Below, one piece after another: positions 1-13,199 of a DNA stretch of 64,000 nucleotides. The stretch's first letter is position 1; each line of letters opens with the position of its first letter. Under the pieces are notes generated by a model. The model was not told the origin of the DNA. It saw only the letters and a list, made by a program, of their open reading frames with translations, and did no database searches. Source of the stretch: Selaginella moellendorffii (Eukaryota > Plantae > Lycopodiophyta); the NCBI RefSeq assembly GCF_000143415.4, contig NW_003314436.1, positions 56,279 through 120,278 of the forward strand, given 5' to 3'. The position numbers and the translations under genes are program-made.

Positions 1-124
1 GGCAAAAGAGCTCCAAGAGAGGAGCAGCAGCAGCCAAGTGAGCGGCGGCAGATAGCAGCGGCAGAGTTGGCTGAGAAGCCCAGCAGTGGCAAAAGAGCTC
101 CAAGAGAGGAGCAGCAACAGCCAA
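1..124. repeat. ~87-bp tandem duplication (GGCAAAAGAGCTCCAAGAGAGGAGCAGCA...), probably TE-derived
   Basis: Positions 1-37 recur nearly identically at 88-124. Confidence 0.7.
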
Positions 125-399
125 AGGAGCGATGGCAAAGCAGCCAAGAGTGGCAGAGGCAGCAAGCCCTAGAGCAACAAGATGTAGTTGCTTTGAGTGG
201 GAGTCAGTGTCAGTTGTATGCATGCTAAGCATCTTATGTCTTATGTCCTTCTCTCTCGCTCTTCTCTTCTCTTTCTTTTTGTTCGTCTACTTCTTTGTGC
301 TTGTGCTTAGGGAATCCTTTGTTTGATCGTCTCAACTTGGTCTCGGTTTTGAAAATAATGTAAGTTTTAAAGGATATAAAGTTATAACAATAGTAAAGT

Positions 400-1330
400 A
401 TATAAAGCATTTGGCTCTGAAAGCTTTGGAGAAAGAAGTAGCTAGAGACATTTTTAGAGCCAATTAATGAGAAGAGCTATGTTTGATGTGGACATGAACT
501 TATGGAGGTGGGGGTAGAGAAGATTGTCCAGGTTTTTTCAGATACTCCAAATGTTAATATATCTATTGGGACCAGGATAGAAGAAGAGTTTCCTACCATA
601 ATTTGGAATAAATGCATAGTTTCTTATATGGATCTTTTGCTAGAAGACTTTTTTGGGAAGATAGATTTCATAGCTAGCATAGTTGAAAAAGCTCATAAGG
701 TTGAGAAATTCATCAATAAACATGAGCATTACTCAAGAACTTTAGCAACAAGGTCATCTTCAAGCTAGTAGCTACCAACTTTGGAATAGATTTCTTGCTT
801 ATGAGGGGGCTAGGATTGATGGTAAATATCTCAAATTAAAGTAACTGGAAATCACAGTCTACGGAAAAAATTGAAGTTATAAACTCAATTTATGATAGGA
901 GCTTCTGGAGGCTTAAGATTTTGATGCTAGAATGACAAATCTGGTTTACCAGGGAATGGAGCGTTGCTATATTCATACAATTTTAACTTGCACTTAAAGT
1001 GGTTTGGCAAAGGAATCACAGGATTGGGGAATTGCATTTATATCCAAATTCTACCCTAAGAAATTTTAAAATAGTAGAGGTCAATTCATGAGTGATCCAG
1101 ATGCTAGACCTTATTTGTGGGAGAAAGGATGGACATTATTTGAGGCTGCTGCCTAGATTCTATAGATTCTAGCGTGAGAGAGAGAGGAAGAATATTCCAC
1201 TCTCAAAAAGATCCCTGAGCCTTGTACAAAAAGAGTGAGGGCAAATATTAGAAGTTTGTGGACTCTTAGAGTTTATCTTGAGCATAAGTTGGGGACTGCC
1301 CTATATCTTGAGCATAAGTTGTAAGATCCT
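400..1330 (+). mobile_element. Decayed hAT-superfamily (DUF659-type) transposase remnant
   Basis: ORF 502-768 IEEEFPTIIWNKCIVSYMDLLLEDFFGKIDFIASIVEKAHKVEKFINKH resembles the hAT motif 'FPxIFWxPCxxHxxDLLLED.GK...vv.kA..i.kFI.nH'; flanks contain stops and frameshifts. Boundaries approximate. Confidence 0.7.
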
Positions 1331-1641
1331 CACAACTAGTTGGTACCATATAATTTATTGTCACGCTTGACAATTGTAGTAAATATAAAATATAAAATTC
1401 ATAAAATTATAATTTAATAAATATTATTAAAATATCCAAGTATATTCCTTATTTGTTTGTGACATTAAATTACGCTAATGCCTCTAATGTAGTTTTTATA
1501 TTAATATAATGTCCAAATTTGATCAAGTTTTTCACACTGGAAATTAAATATTAAATTAGTTTAATGCCAACCTAATGTGTTTTACTATCATTTCTTACTG
1601 TCAATGCTTTATTCTTCTTTTTATATGAAATCTTCATTTAG

Positions 1642-2946
1642 GCCGTGTTGGAGCTGGACGGCTTGCGGAGAGCTCTCTCACACATGCTACCATTGGCGCT
1701 GCCCCTTGGCTCTGCAACTTTCGCACAGCTCGCCGATGATGATGAGATCGCTGCTGCTGGCTTCGCTCCAAACAGCCCGGGGGAGAGCATCGTGTCTCTC
1801 ACGACAGCGGTCATGGGATCCAGCGCCGAGATGGACGAGTCCGGGAAGCTCCTCGAGTCTGCCTGGGACCAAGCCTTCTGCAACCTGTGGATGAAGCTGC
1901 TCAAGCTTGCTGGGATAACGACTGTCGAGTTCAATCGCAGCATCGTGATGGACTCTTTGGATGGTAGCACTCGCGCCGATCTGATGCTGTGGATTGGAAA
2001 CCGCCTGTGTGCCAAGTTCGGGGAGAGGCGGCAGTTCTTGCAGGATGCGCAAGAGAAGTTAGAGGAGAAGCTCGTCAACTTGGAGCCGCGGTTCTACGGC
2101 CCAGTGCCGTGGATTATCGGGGTGGCTCTGGCAGGCCAGGAGATGGCAGCGTGGGCGATGATACGGGGATCAAAGACGCCATCGCAAGTTCTTGTGGGGC
2201 CTTTGAAACTGACGTCGATGCGGGACAAGTTTACTTGCTTGCGCTTCTCCATCAATCTCCTCCGGGTTGCGCTCACGCTCAAGGACGTCGTCTCCTCCAG
2301 CTTTGTGGATCGTCCAAGGCCGTTCCGGACGCTCCCGCCAGCGTTCTATGGAGCTGCGGACCAGATCGAGAGAACGCTCTGGCTCGACAATGGTATGGCG
2401 ATCAAGGAGATCTGTCCCTGGACGCTGCATGTCAGTGAAGGATTCACGACAATGGAGTTTGTGAGGAAAGCTTACGGGCTCCAGGCAGAGGGTATAGTTC
2501 CTGGCGAGCCGATGCTCATGAGGGACAGGTACAGAGTGACCATGAAGGCCGTGGAGTGTGAGCCGCCTGTCTGTACCGAAGCGGAACTTTTCAGTGCTGT
2601 TCTATGGATTCTTCGCGGCCTGGAGAAGCTGCATGAAGCGGGGCTGGTCCATCGGGATGTGAGGTGGGAGAATGTTGCCAGGAGCGGTGGTGGCTACGTC
2701 TTGATCGACTTGGAGACTGTGTGGGAAGCTGGTGACGAGCCCGAGTGTTCGCTTCTGGTTTGGGGTGAAGAGACGCTTGTAGGCGATAAGTACACGGAGC
2801 AATCTGATCTGTATCTTGTTGGTAAGATGATGTATGTTGTGGAAAAACTCTCCCCGGCAGCTCAAGAGTTCCAGTCCAGGCTACTGGGCTCTGAGTTTGC
2901 ATCAGCCAGAACTGCTATTGAAAACTTCATTGCTCTTCAGAACTGA
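1642..2946 (+). CDS. Crinkler (CRN)-like protein: restriction-endonuclease-fold domain plus atypical kinase; N-terminus missing or in an unseen upstream exon
   Basis: Intronless 433-codon GC-rich ORF. RADLMLWIGNRLCAKFGE..AQEKL..KL..PRFYGPVPWIIGVALAG is CRN REase-like; LHEAGLVHRDVRWENV..YVLIDLE..YTEQSDLYLVG is kinase-like. It opens right after an AG (1640-41); first in-frame ATG is 1684. Confidence 0.65.
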   Translation, partial: AVLELDGLRRALSHMLPLALPLGSATFAQLADDDEIAAAGFAPNSPGESIVSLTTAVMGSSAEMDESGKLLESAWDQAFCNLWMKLLKLAGITTVEFNRSIVMDSLDGSTRADLMLWIGNRLCAKFGERRQFLQDAQEKLEEKLVNLEPRFYGPVPWIIGVALAGQEMAAWAMIRGSKTPSQVLVGPLKLTSMRDKFTCLRFSINLLRVALTLKDVVSSSFVDRPRPFRTLPPAFYGAADQIERTLWLDNGMAIKEICPWTLHVSEGFTTMEFVRKAYGLQAEGIVPGEPMLMRDRYRVTMKAVECEPPVCTEAELFSAVLWILRGLEKLHEAGLVHRDVRWENVARSGGGYVLIDLETVWEAGDEPECSLLVWGEETLVGDKYTEQSDLYLVGKMMYVVEKLSPAAQEFQSRLLGSEFASARTAIENFIALQN

Positions 2947-4499
2947 AAAGCTTGGAGGACAAATGTTCGTGTTTGTTTTTGGATGCCCCTGGCATGAAGT
3001 GAGAGATTTTACAATCTCTAGTTTAGCAAAGGAAGTATTTTACTCAAAAATACTATTAAATCTTAAAGGAAAATTATGGTTTAAGTCATTAAAATTTTAG
3101 TGATTGAATCTGTATATTTTTATCACACTATGGCAACTAGGCCATAAAACAATATTTTATCAAAAAATTATTTTGAAATTTTGCAAAATAAATAACAAGA
3201 TTTAAGCTATGAATAGCAATATAGTAAGTGGACAAATATTTATGAACTAAATATATTTTAAACCCTAAGTCCTATAGATTTTCTTGAACAAATAAAAAAT
3301 AAAAAAAATTATATTACATTTAGTTAAAAAATAAAGATATTGTAGATTTATTAGAAATTTGGTTGTTTAAGTATCAGATATTAAAATTTCTTACAGTTAC
3401 TAATTTTCACAACATATTTTTTAATTGATGTATTTTAATGTCCAACTAAAAGATATAAAAAAGAGATAATCATGCATATTTTAAAATAAAAATTTTCAAG
3501 AAAAAGGGTCATTCTCTCTTTTAAATATCATAACTAAATATAGAAATATAGAAATAACTAAATAAAATTAATTTAGAAGTATATTAGTATATACATATTT
3601 TTATATTTATGTACCTGTATGGTTAAAGCTAAACTTAAATATCTATTTGGTGTTGATTATAATATATCAAATCAATGTTTTTAAATTTTTGTGATTTAAT
3701 AACAACTTGATCGGGGATTGCATCTTATTTGCAGTCGTTCCATCTAGAAGAACAAAATATATTTTCTCGTTCTTTTTCTTGATGTTTGCTCAGAATGATA
3801 TTACTTTAAAATTTATTAAACTATTTACTTTGTTTGTATTTAAATTTTCAGGCTTTTTGTCAGCATTGTCACATACACATAATTATGTGTTTATTTAATT
3901 TATAAATAAAATTAATATTTATTATCAAATTTTTTAAAACGTTATATTTTTATTATTTTTAATAAATATTTTCTAGAATAAATTTCAAATATACATAACT
4001 ACATTGAAGTTGAAATTCTATAGAAATTTTGTAATTTAACATATTAATTATAATTCACATTGCAAACTAAAATTTAAGTAACAAATAATTACTCTATAGA
4101 GCCATAATACCAAAGACATTAATCTTCTTATAATATAAGTGACATTTAATTTTTATTGCATCTATTATAATATAAACCCATGCTAAGTCAGATAAATATA
4201 TTTTATTATAAAATCAAGTTTCATGTTCTCAAAATAATAGTAGCATACTTTCAATTTTGATATTGCTTCAAATTTATTCTTGTTGATATAATGTAATCTG
4301 TTTTTCCTTACACTTTTCTGAATGTAGATTAATAGTAGAAATTATTGAGTAGTTTTGTTTCCATACTCAAGATTCGAGAGGAACACTCGCCCATTGGGAT
4401 CTTTTGCAGCTCACTTGAGCAAAGACAAATTGCAAAAAAACTATTTCTGTGCCACGGAATTATTCACATAGCGACGTAAAACTCGATTGGAGCTTTAGT

Positions 4500-5694
4500 C
4501 TATTTTACCGGCGTCGATGATTCCTCCTTGGGTTCCGGTGAGGCGGAATGTAGGGCCCTGGAGCTGGAGCTGCTTACGATGGCAAAAAAATTTTTGAAGG
4601 TAAAGTAGTTACTCTCCACGTACTTACCATCGATGAAGCCCAGTGGCGAACGGTCTTTGAAGCAATACAGTCGGTACTCGTACCCGAGTTTATCGAGCTG
4701 CCTCTTTACGCTGCGAGAGAGGAGAAGGCAAGCAGGACCAAGACCAAGATCGCGCATCATCTGGAAAACCGCATGGAAGGCGATGGGTTCAAGCAACAAA
4801 TCTATATGACTGACCTCTTTTTCCTTCCCGACGACGACAAACGCGTCCACAGGCTTGGAAACCTTTGCAGCTAAGTAGGCCGCCCGAGTCTGTTGTGTAA
4901 GTGCGTCATAGTTGTGCAGCAACTCATCGGAGGCAACGTAGAGGAAGAGATCGACGTGGGAGGGGGTCGAGCCTCTCGTAATGGGATATCGATCATCCCG
5001 TTTGAGAACCATCGCTGGCCGCTGCTCTCCGAGAATGTCGATGAGATCGCGTTGAGCTCCTTCGGCCATGTCTACCAGGATGGTCTTCCCAGTGATGATA
5101 AACGGGCAAGGAAGTTCTAAGGTGGAAAAGAATATGGAAGGTTGAATAATCGGAAAGATTAGATTTACCTCTCTCGATCGAGACATGCTGGATCACACTA
5201 AAGAGCGGGTCGATCATCCAATTCGGAACTAAACACGTAATAGGAAGTAAGAGGTCCTCATTCCGGCAAGAAAGAAAAGCTAGTATTACCGACAGAATGG
5301 AGGAGGAAGATCGTGGATGCCATTGAGCTGCAGAAAGCCGCTGGAAAGAATGTGATCGATCGATCAAAGACGCAATATTTCGGCATCATCAAGGAAGAAT
5401 TCGAGAATACGTACCAAGAACTGCCATAGAAGCCCTGTCCGTGATGCTAGAGAGGAAATATGCCATCGCCAGGGTCTCCAAGGGGATTCCGACGCTCTCC
5501 CGCCAGGAAATCTTAATCTTGGTGTAGAGCAAGATCGCTGCGGGACAGAGAACGCCGAGAACGGGCAGGCCACACGGCATCGCCGCCAAGTCGCCGACCT
5601 GGAAGAGCGCCACGATCTTAGAGCTGATGATGAAGAGCGCGATCCCTAATGCCGCCAAAGCGCCGAGCTTGGAGAAGAGCGCCATCGCCGCCAT
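4500..5694 (-). CDS. Unknown protein with several N-terminal hydrophobic helices and a soluble C-terminal domain; 4 exons (5694-5415, 5340-5290, ~5228-5170, ~5117-4500)
   Basis: Three GT-AG introns join the exons in frame (..VLA-AFCSSM..HSV-VPNWM..IER-ELPCPF..TPVK*). No family recognised. Confidence 0.65.
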
Positions 5695-6054
5695 GCGCTA
5701 TTCCTTCCCACAAAGTGTTAAGGGCAAACGCAATGGCGGGCTGTTCAAAATATAGAAACGAATCTTCGCAGTATATACCACGTAGGGTTTAATCATTCCT
5801 TTTCCCCTTGCCTGGACGATAAAGTTATTTCTAGGGCTCGTATTCTCAATGGCGGGAAGAGAGGCCCTAGCTAGCTAGGGCGCGCGGGAGCACGAATCGA
5901 TCCATCCAGGTCTGCCTGCTTGTGCGCCTGCCTCATTCATGTCTTCCCAGTTCTAGCATCGGAGTAGTGCATTCTCGCGATTTTGAGCTGTGTTCCTGTG
6001 ATGCAGTCTCTCTCGATCGGGATAGGGCGCTCGCTTTTCTACCTTAGGCTGGGA

Positions 6055-7470
6055 ATGGGGCGGACTCGCAGCGTTACCGAGTTTTTCCAGCCTCCCAAGA
6101 GGGTGAAGGTGGGATCGGAGGACCGAGCACAGGTTTTTCATACTGCTGCCGCTACCGTGGATGGAGAGGATGGGTCTGGATTCTCGTTTCGTCGTCTCAG
6201 CGATGAGGAGCTCGCTCGAAAGTTTGACGATCAAAGTCCAGCTCCGAAGCACCAATCTTCCTACTCGTTCAAGACAGCTCTTTCAGTGGAAGAAAATGCC
6301 GAAGGAGAACAAGGTCCGAGTAAAGACGAGAAGATCCGAGTGGAAACGTCAGTGGAGGAGCGCACGGAAGTTTCAACGCTAAACAAAGAGCAAAAGATGC
6401 GAGTGGACATGAACAAGTCCATGGCTCTGGCCAGGAGAAAACTGCGACTGTGCGAGGAGGTCGTCCAAGCTTGTAAGTGTTTTCTTAGTTCTTTTTTTCG
6501 CGTATGTAACTTTCGTGGTTTTTCGTTCTTTCTCCAGCGCAAGGAGAATTCCCCGAGTTGGAGAAGCTTTTGGTGGAACCGAGCTGGGTGGAGGTCTTGC
6601 AGGACGAGTTCAAGAAGCCATACATGGAGAATCTCCAGACTTTTGTGAAGCAACAAGCGGCCGGAAAAGTTCCCGTTTATCCACCAGCGGCCAAAGTGTT
6701 CAATGCCTTCAACTCGTGCCCTTTTGATCGAGTGAAGGTTGTTCTTCTTGGTCAGGTATGCATTTGATTTCCTCTCCAACATTGTCCAAAAATATTTCTT
6801 TTTCTCCAGGATCCTTACCATGGTCCAGGCCAGGCCATGGGTTTATCATTCTCGGTTCCAGAAGGCATCAGAATTCCTTCCAGCCTGCTCAACATGTACA
6901 AAGAAATCCACAGCGACGTTGGTTGCCGGGTTCCGCTACACGGAAACCTTGAAAAGTGGGCATACCAGGGAGTTCTGCTGCTAAACACTGTTCTCACGGG
7001 TACGCAAGGAGATCTCTTGCTCGAATTCTTTTCTTTTCCGTGTCGCTTATTTCGTTTGGACTAGTTCGCGAGCAGCAGGCAAACTCTCATGCCAAGAAAG
7101 GCTGGGAGCCGTTCACTGACGCAGCCATCCGTGCCATTTCGAAAAGAAAGACCGGAGTTGTATTTCTGCTGTGGGGGAACTGCGCACAAGAGAAAATCCG
7201 GTGAGTGGAAAATTCTCGCCAGCGTGTTTTGCATTCGAAGTTGCTGAACGTCCTTTCTTTCTTTGTTTGCAGTTTAATCAACCCAAACGAGCATCACGTC
7301 TTAAAGGCTGCTCATCCATCTGGCCTCTCCGCCCACAAAGGGTTCTTCGGCTGCAGGTTAAGAAACAAAAGTGGTATGAGGTTTTAAAGCTTTTTCTGTG
7401 TAGGCATTTCTCTAAAACGAACGAGCTGCTGGAATCGGCTAATATCCTTCCCATAGACTGGCAAGTCTAA
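6055..7470 (+). CDS. UNG: Uracil-DNA glycosylase (family 1); exons 6055-6472, 6538-6755, 6810-6999, 7065-7200, 7273-7356, 7404-7470
   Basis: [39 protein letters not shown] and HPSGLS motifs; all introns GT-AG. Confidence 0.95.
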
Positions 7471-8394
7471 ATTGGAATCTCCTTAATAAACTTTAATTAT
7501 TATTATTATTCGAACATGTTTTTGCTTATTTCTTGGTGGAATGGAAGTTGCACAGAGGGAGATTATGAATGTTCTAGAGTTTCTATTAGTTCACCTAGTT
7601 ATCAACACTTAACATTAGCAAGTGACCACTTAGAGAGTGTGAGAGAAAAGCTATTAACAAGCACAAACTAGAAGAACTTGTCTCCTGCATGTTAAATTCA
7701 CCTAAACTATTTCAGACAGTTATAAAGGATTATTAGGTGCTTTTGCAAAATAAATAACAAAATTGCAATCATTTTGCATTTAATAATTAAACAATTTGGA
7801 TATTTGTCACAATACTTTGTAATTGACCATAACTTTATATCAGTCTCAGTATATATGCAAGCAATACCATTTCTTTTAATGATAAATTTGCAAAAACAAA
7901 AATATTCTTTATTATCAGATATCCATAATTTATGTTTTTCCCAACTTTGCAATTTAAATGAAAGAAAATCATATTCTTACCATTTTGAGAATATAAATGA
8001 TCTTTTTGATCCAGAAAATAAAGCCATTGGATATATATTACAATTGTCTTTTGAATGATGAGTTAAGAAGTGAAAATAATTTATATTATAAGATCCTTTA
8101 AACTACCATTGATAAACTTAATAATAAAGTTCATATTTTCTAGAACTAATTTCATATAAATCACAATATGCTTCTAACATTGAATCAATATATATTCTTC
8201 TTAAATAGTAAAATCCCGATTTTAAAGTTTCATCTACTAAATTATTTGTATTACCACCTGAATTTTGTTCAATAACACAATTAGGAGGATTACTATTTAT
8301 ATGCTTAATAGTAACAAGAGCACAGCTAATCTCTTTTAGTAAGTTTTTATATTTAGTAAGTTTTCATGATTATCTAGAGACTAACTATTGGGAT

Positions 8395-8480
8395 TGGGGT
8401 GAAAGTCCAAAGTGTGCATTCTTCTATGTGAGGGGGAGGGGGGGCTATAAGTGGTTTCAAATATATAGTAGTGATAGTAA
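8395..8480 (+). mobile_element. Short decayed LTR fragment related to the Gypsy LTR at 57850-57930
   Basis: GGGGTGAAAGTCCAAAG..G-run..GTTTCAAATATATAGTAG matches GGGGTGAAAGCCCAAAG..G-run..GTTCCAAAAGTATAGTAG. Confidence 0.55.
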
Positions 8481-8979
8481 ATAGGTTAGCCATGGCTAAC
8501 TAACTTGAGAGATAATGTAACTCCTAGTTTGTGTGTCTATCTTTATTCTACTTTTGGCTTGGATTTAAGCCTATGCTCCATACTATGTTAATTGGTGGAG
8601 TATTTATATCCCCTTGTTAAGCCACTGGTATATTATAATAATATTAAACTCTATTTAATTTTTATTGGGATGCTAAGACTATTTCAATGTCACTGCGTAC
8701 TTCTATTCTAATGCTTTTTAAATTGTACACTCAAGAGTCATTTTATGCAATAGTTCTTTCACTCCTTGGCTGTAATTTAAGAGTTTAACTTCGTTCCTTC
8801 ATTTAATGGCCCAAAGCTCTAAAACTTAGGTTTTGCTTCGCTATCTTTGGCTCATATGTGGTTTAGATTTCACTCCATAGTTATCCTATAGTAAATCACC
8901 ATAGGGTAAAAAGTAAAAGCCATGTTTATTACACTTTTTTATTAATATAATGTTAAAGCTTGAGGAAGGAAGGAGTTAT

Positions 8980-10750
8980 GATTGCAAGCTATTAAAGAAG
9001 TTCATTATGATGCTAAAGATAATGTCTCGAAAAATGATCTATATAAGTTTAAATGGCCTACACTCCTTTTTCTAATTGATTAAGGTTTTGGGATATTTAA
9101 AGTGACCTTAAAAAAAATTTAAATTCTTACATTTAGTATTAAAGGGGTTTCCAAGTCTGAAGTTAGTTAAAAGAATCACACTATTGAGATTGATATCTAA
9201 TGGTTTAATTTGATCTAGTTATGCTCAATCCAAGGTCTAAAGTATCAAGAGAATGACATTCTTAGCTTTTATTCACAAAGGTGTGAACTTGTAAGGAAGT
9301 GTGGTAGATTATAAACAACTGAAGAGAATGATTTAAAAGATGATTTATAAAAGTTTAAATATAAAGAGAAAAAGTTTATGAATAAAAATGCACCCCATTT
9401 CTAATTAAAGATTTTAGGATATTTGGGGTTATGCGTTCTTAAGTTTGAATAAATAACTTTATGGGAACTTCACATTCAAGAGCAAATGCTTCAAGGATAT
9501 AATTAAAGAGATGTTGATTGTCTAGTTCCTCAAAAATTTATTTGTTTGGACATTAAATAAAAATGAATACTATTTTGTTCATATGAACTCTTTTTTCTAT
9601 ATTTGCATCCCAATTTAGTTATTCTTAAAGACTATATACTAACATAGAAGGCAACATTAATTGGAGGGGATTTCTTTTCTGTGAAAGATTGTGTTATCAT
9701 AACTCTTGACAATAATATGGAGGAATATATAAAAGTGAGATAAATATTTTAGCATGAAATCAAAGGGAAATTTTATAGTTACACAAAATATAGGACTTTT
9801 TATTGAAATTTTTAAGTCTATAACAAAATAGAGATAAAGATTGTGGCTCCAATTTTTATATGTGAAGAGAAGTATAACTTTCTAAAGCATATAATTCATA
9901 TATAAAAAAAATTATAACTCTTTATTATGGTAAATCAAAAGGAAAACCTTGAAACCTTGAATTACAACATTGATTCTAAAACTTATTTTGGCATGAAATA
10001 TCTTTATAGAATGATTTTGAACTCAAATCTCAAGTACTAAAAATTGTAGTTACTCAATACTTTCTCAACATTAAAACCTTTCTACCAACTTTATTATATT
10101 TAGCATAGTTTCAAAAATAAATTTTGTAGAAAAAACCTTGTAAGTTTGGTTTGAATTTGAATTTAATACATTTTATACTTCTTTTCAATGGTTTTCTCAA
10201 AAGCCCTAGAAAAATCTTTTGAATGAAGGAATAGTATGTAAAGTATATTACCTTGACTAACATACACTAATAATATCTAGTCATCAAAATGTTTCCACTT
10301 GTATCTCTTGATTCATAGTTAGGTTTATTTTAATGAATTGCAAGAAAATAAAAATGTAATAGTTATTAAAGTAGTTCAGCTTTAGAAAAGATATGTTCTT
10401 ATAAATTTGTCTTTTCTAAATGACTCAATCTAGTAAAAACTTTTGACTAAAATACTTATATATTTCAATATTTTAAAGTTCATCAAAACCTTCTTTTTTT
10501 CAACTTAAACTTCTTTTATAAAATTTTTAATTGACTGTATTGACTTGAGTTGACTTATGCTAAGTTCAGCGCAACTTGTGAGCTCAATTTTGGATTATCC
10601 CCGCACCTCTATAACTTTCAAAGTCTTTAATTCATCAATTATTTCTAAACTATATGATTTTTTAGGATTCAAATATAATGAATAAGAATGCATCCCTTTT
10701 TTCAATCGTTAAAGGTTTTGGGATACTTGAGGTTGAGCATCCTTAGATTT
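8980..10750 (+). repeat. Three decayed copies (~8980-9100, 9305-9455, 10660-10750) of a small dispersed repeat also found at 14245-14484 (-) and ~39000-39130
   Basis: Shared core ATGAA(T/C)AAGAATGCACCCTTTTTTCCAATTGATTAAAGGTTTTGGGATACTTAGGGTT. Confidence 0.65.
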
Positions 10751-11129
10751 ATTAAGTTAAATGACCTTTTGGAACAATATTACATTTGGTGTTTGACTTT
10801 TGTTACTCTAACTGGGATAAATCTAAAAGGTAGGGTGTCCAGAGAGTAAGGCTTTCAACATAAACTTATAAGAAAGTGTGGTGAATTGTAATAATCCAAA
10901 GAAAATAAAAGAGAGAATGCGTAGTTAGTATTACTTAGATACTTTGCATAGCATAAAGAAACTTTATTACTATGACTGAAAAGGGATTTAATGAAGATTG
11001 AAAAAGGGATTTTGGGAAATAATGTTCCCCTCTATGTTAAGGTATTATAAGAATGTTAAAAAGTGGTTATAAGATGACCATTCATAGAATTGATGTTTAG
11101 TCTTAGAAAAATAAATCTATAAAGACCAA

Positions 11130-11392
11130 TGAGACAATAAGAATAAATATAACCTTGATGTAAGAGGTTGATATATCAATAATACTTTTAGACGCCTGAA
11201 ATAAAACTTAGACATATAAAGTACTAAGACCAAGTGTGAAATTAGTATGTGTTTGAGGGTTTGTAAACATGAATAAGACAATAAAAATGGACATGGCCTT
11301 AATATAAAAAGTTGATTTATCAGTAGTACCTTTGGATGCCTGAAGTAGGACTTAGGCATAAAGACCAAGTATGAAGTCAATATGGGTTTGAA
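11130..11392. repeat. Diverged ~140-bp tandem duplication
   Basis: GTTGAT.TATCA.TA.TAC.TTT.GA.GCCTGAA.TA..ACTTAG.CATA..AGACCAAGT.TGAA occurs twice. Confidence 0.6.
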
Positions 11393-13199
11393 GCCACTTT
11401 TGAGGTCTCAATAAGTACCCCAAGTTAGGATGAATACTCATAAAGGTTGTGAGTAAAACTCCTCTAAGTGGTCAAATGAATGAATACAACATGTAAACAA
11501 TGTACATATATGGGGTTTGTCAGGTTGAAATATCCATTTTCCTCTATCAAGTATAGTAGATGTAGATAAAACCATTTAACTTTCTCATAAAGTTCCTTCT
11601 ATAATTTTTTGATATACTAGATATCAAAAGTTAATGGAGAAGTTTACAAGGAAATATTCAAAGAGCACAAACCATATTATGGATTGAGCAACCTCAAATA
11701 AATGTTTATCACTCACACCAGATTCTATTAATATTGGGTTCTATACTATTGAACTCTTTTGCAAAATCAAATTGGACTTTGTATGGCCTCCTATAATTCT
11801 AGACTGTTATTGTATATGTGTAGGAAATTACTTCAACAATTTTCCTAGTTTCTTTGGTACCACTATCAATTATAGCATGGGTGTAGATTTTCCATGGCTC
11901 AAGCTTATAATGGCCTACAAGACACAAAAATATATATATAAATATTGGAAAGATTCACTATTAGATATTAGATAGATGTGTTTATAGTCGTCATTAACCT
12001 ATGAGAGCATGGGTTTTAAGTAGGAAGAGAAGGGAGTTGCCATTCAAAGAGTGATTGTTCCTATCATGGTTTTGTTCCCCATAAATGTTGGGAGGTCATG
12101 GGCATGGAAGTCTAGTGTGGGAAAGAAGAGTTGTAGCCACATGTAGGTAGGGCAATTGTATATGATATATGATAGGGTTTTTATTTCTATTTTGCATAGA
12201 GGGCAGAGATGAGCATCTCTAGGTGTGACTGGTGTCTATCTTCAGCCTAGTTTGATGTGAAGTGAGTGCATGTTTGTTTAATAATTTAAAAGGATGTCCT
12301 TGGTGGCATAGGAATGTTGGTGCCAATGATTCTCTTAGGGTTGATATTGTTGAGGTAGTCTTGGAAGCAGGACTTCTTGTTTGAGCCTGCCAACCAGTCT
12401 TTAAATGCAAGGCTAATCCATGCCAAGGGGATTGTAGTGATTGGTTGGTCTAATAGTTCATTGAAGTTCAGGCTGAGGCATTCCATCCACTTTGGGCAAT
12501 CCTTCCACCATCCCTAGCTCTTTTTGGAGTCAAGCTGGATCGAGTCTTCAATAACTACCTGAGCATAGTGGTTAAATGTCTCTTTGTGTGGAGAGTATGA
12601 ATTGCATGATGCACTTCCATTCTTAGGATCTCAACTGGAAGTAGTTCAATCTCCTCAAAGTCATTGGCAATGAAAGTTCAATTAAGCCTTTCTAGGTGGG
12701 ACCAGCTCTGGCTAGGGGCCCATGTGGTGCAGCTATATACCAGTGTGGTGTTGACCCTAGCCTGATAGTGCTCTTTTCATGCATCCCACTAGTAAATGGT
12801 TGCTTGGTAGAGTGAGTTCAATAGGCTGTAATATACCTATTTGGCCATGGCTTTGTGTTGAATTACTCAAGCGGTCCATGTTCACTTATGGTGAAGGTGA
12901 TAACCAAGATAAGTGGTAACTTGTAAAACCTCCTGTCCTTAATAGTGGAGCACAGTGTGGCTTGCTTTAAAACTGAAGATCATAATTTATGTTTTTGGTC
13001 AAGTTGATCTTGAGATTTATGTCTTGGTAGAATTCCTCAAAGACCTCTAACTATTGTTATATCTTCTTTTCTATTGTAGCAAAGAGTAGTAGATTATTGG
13101 CATAAAGCATGAGATGAATATAGAGGTTAGTGATTTGGATAGTGGTGTAGCACCTTATTTCTCTCCCTTTAATCCAACTAAAGACTCACTGACTAAGCC

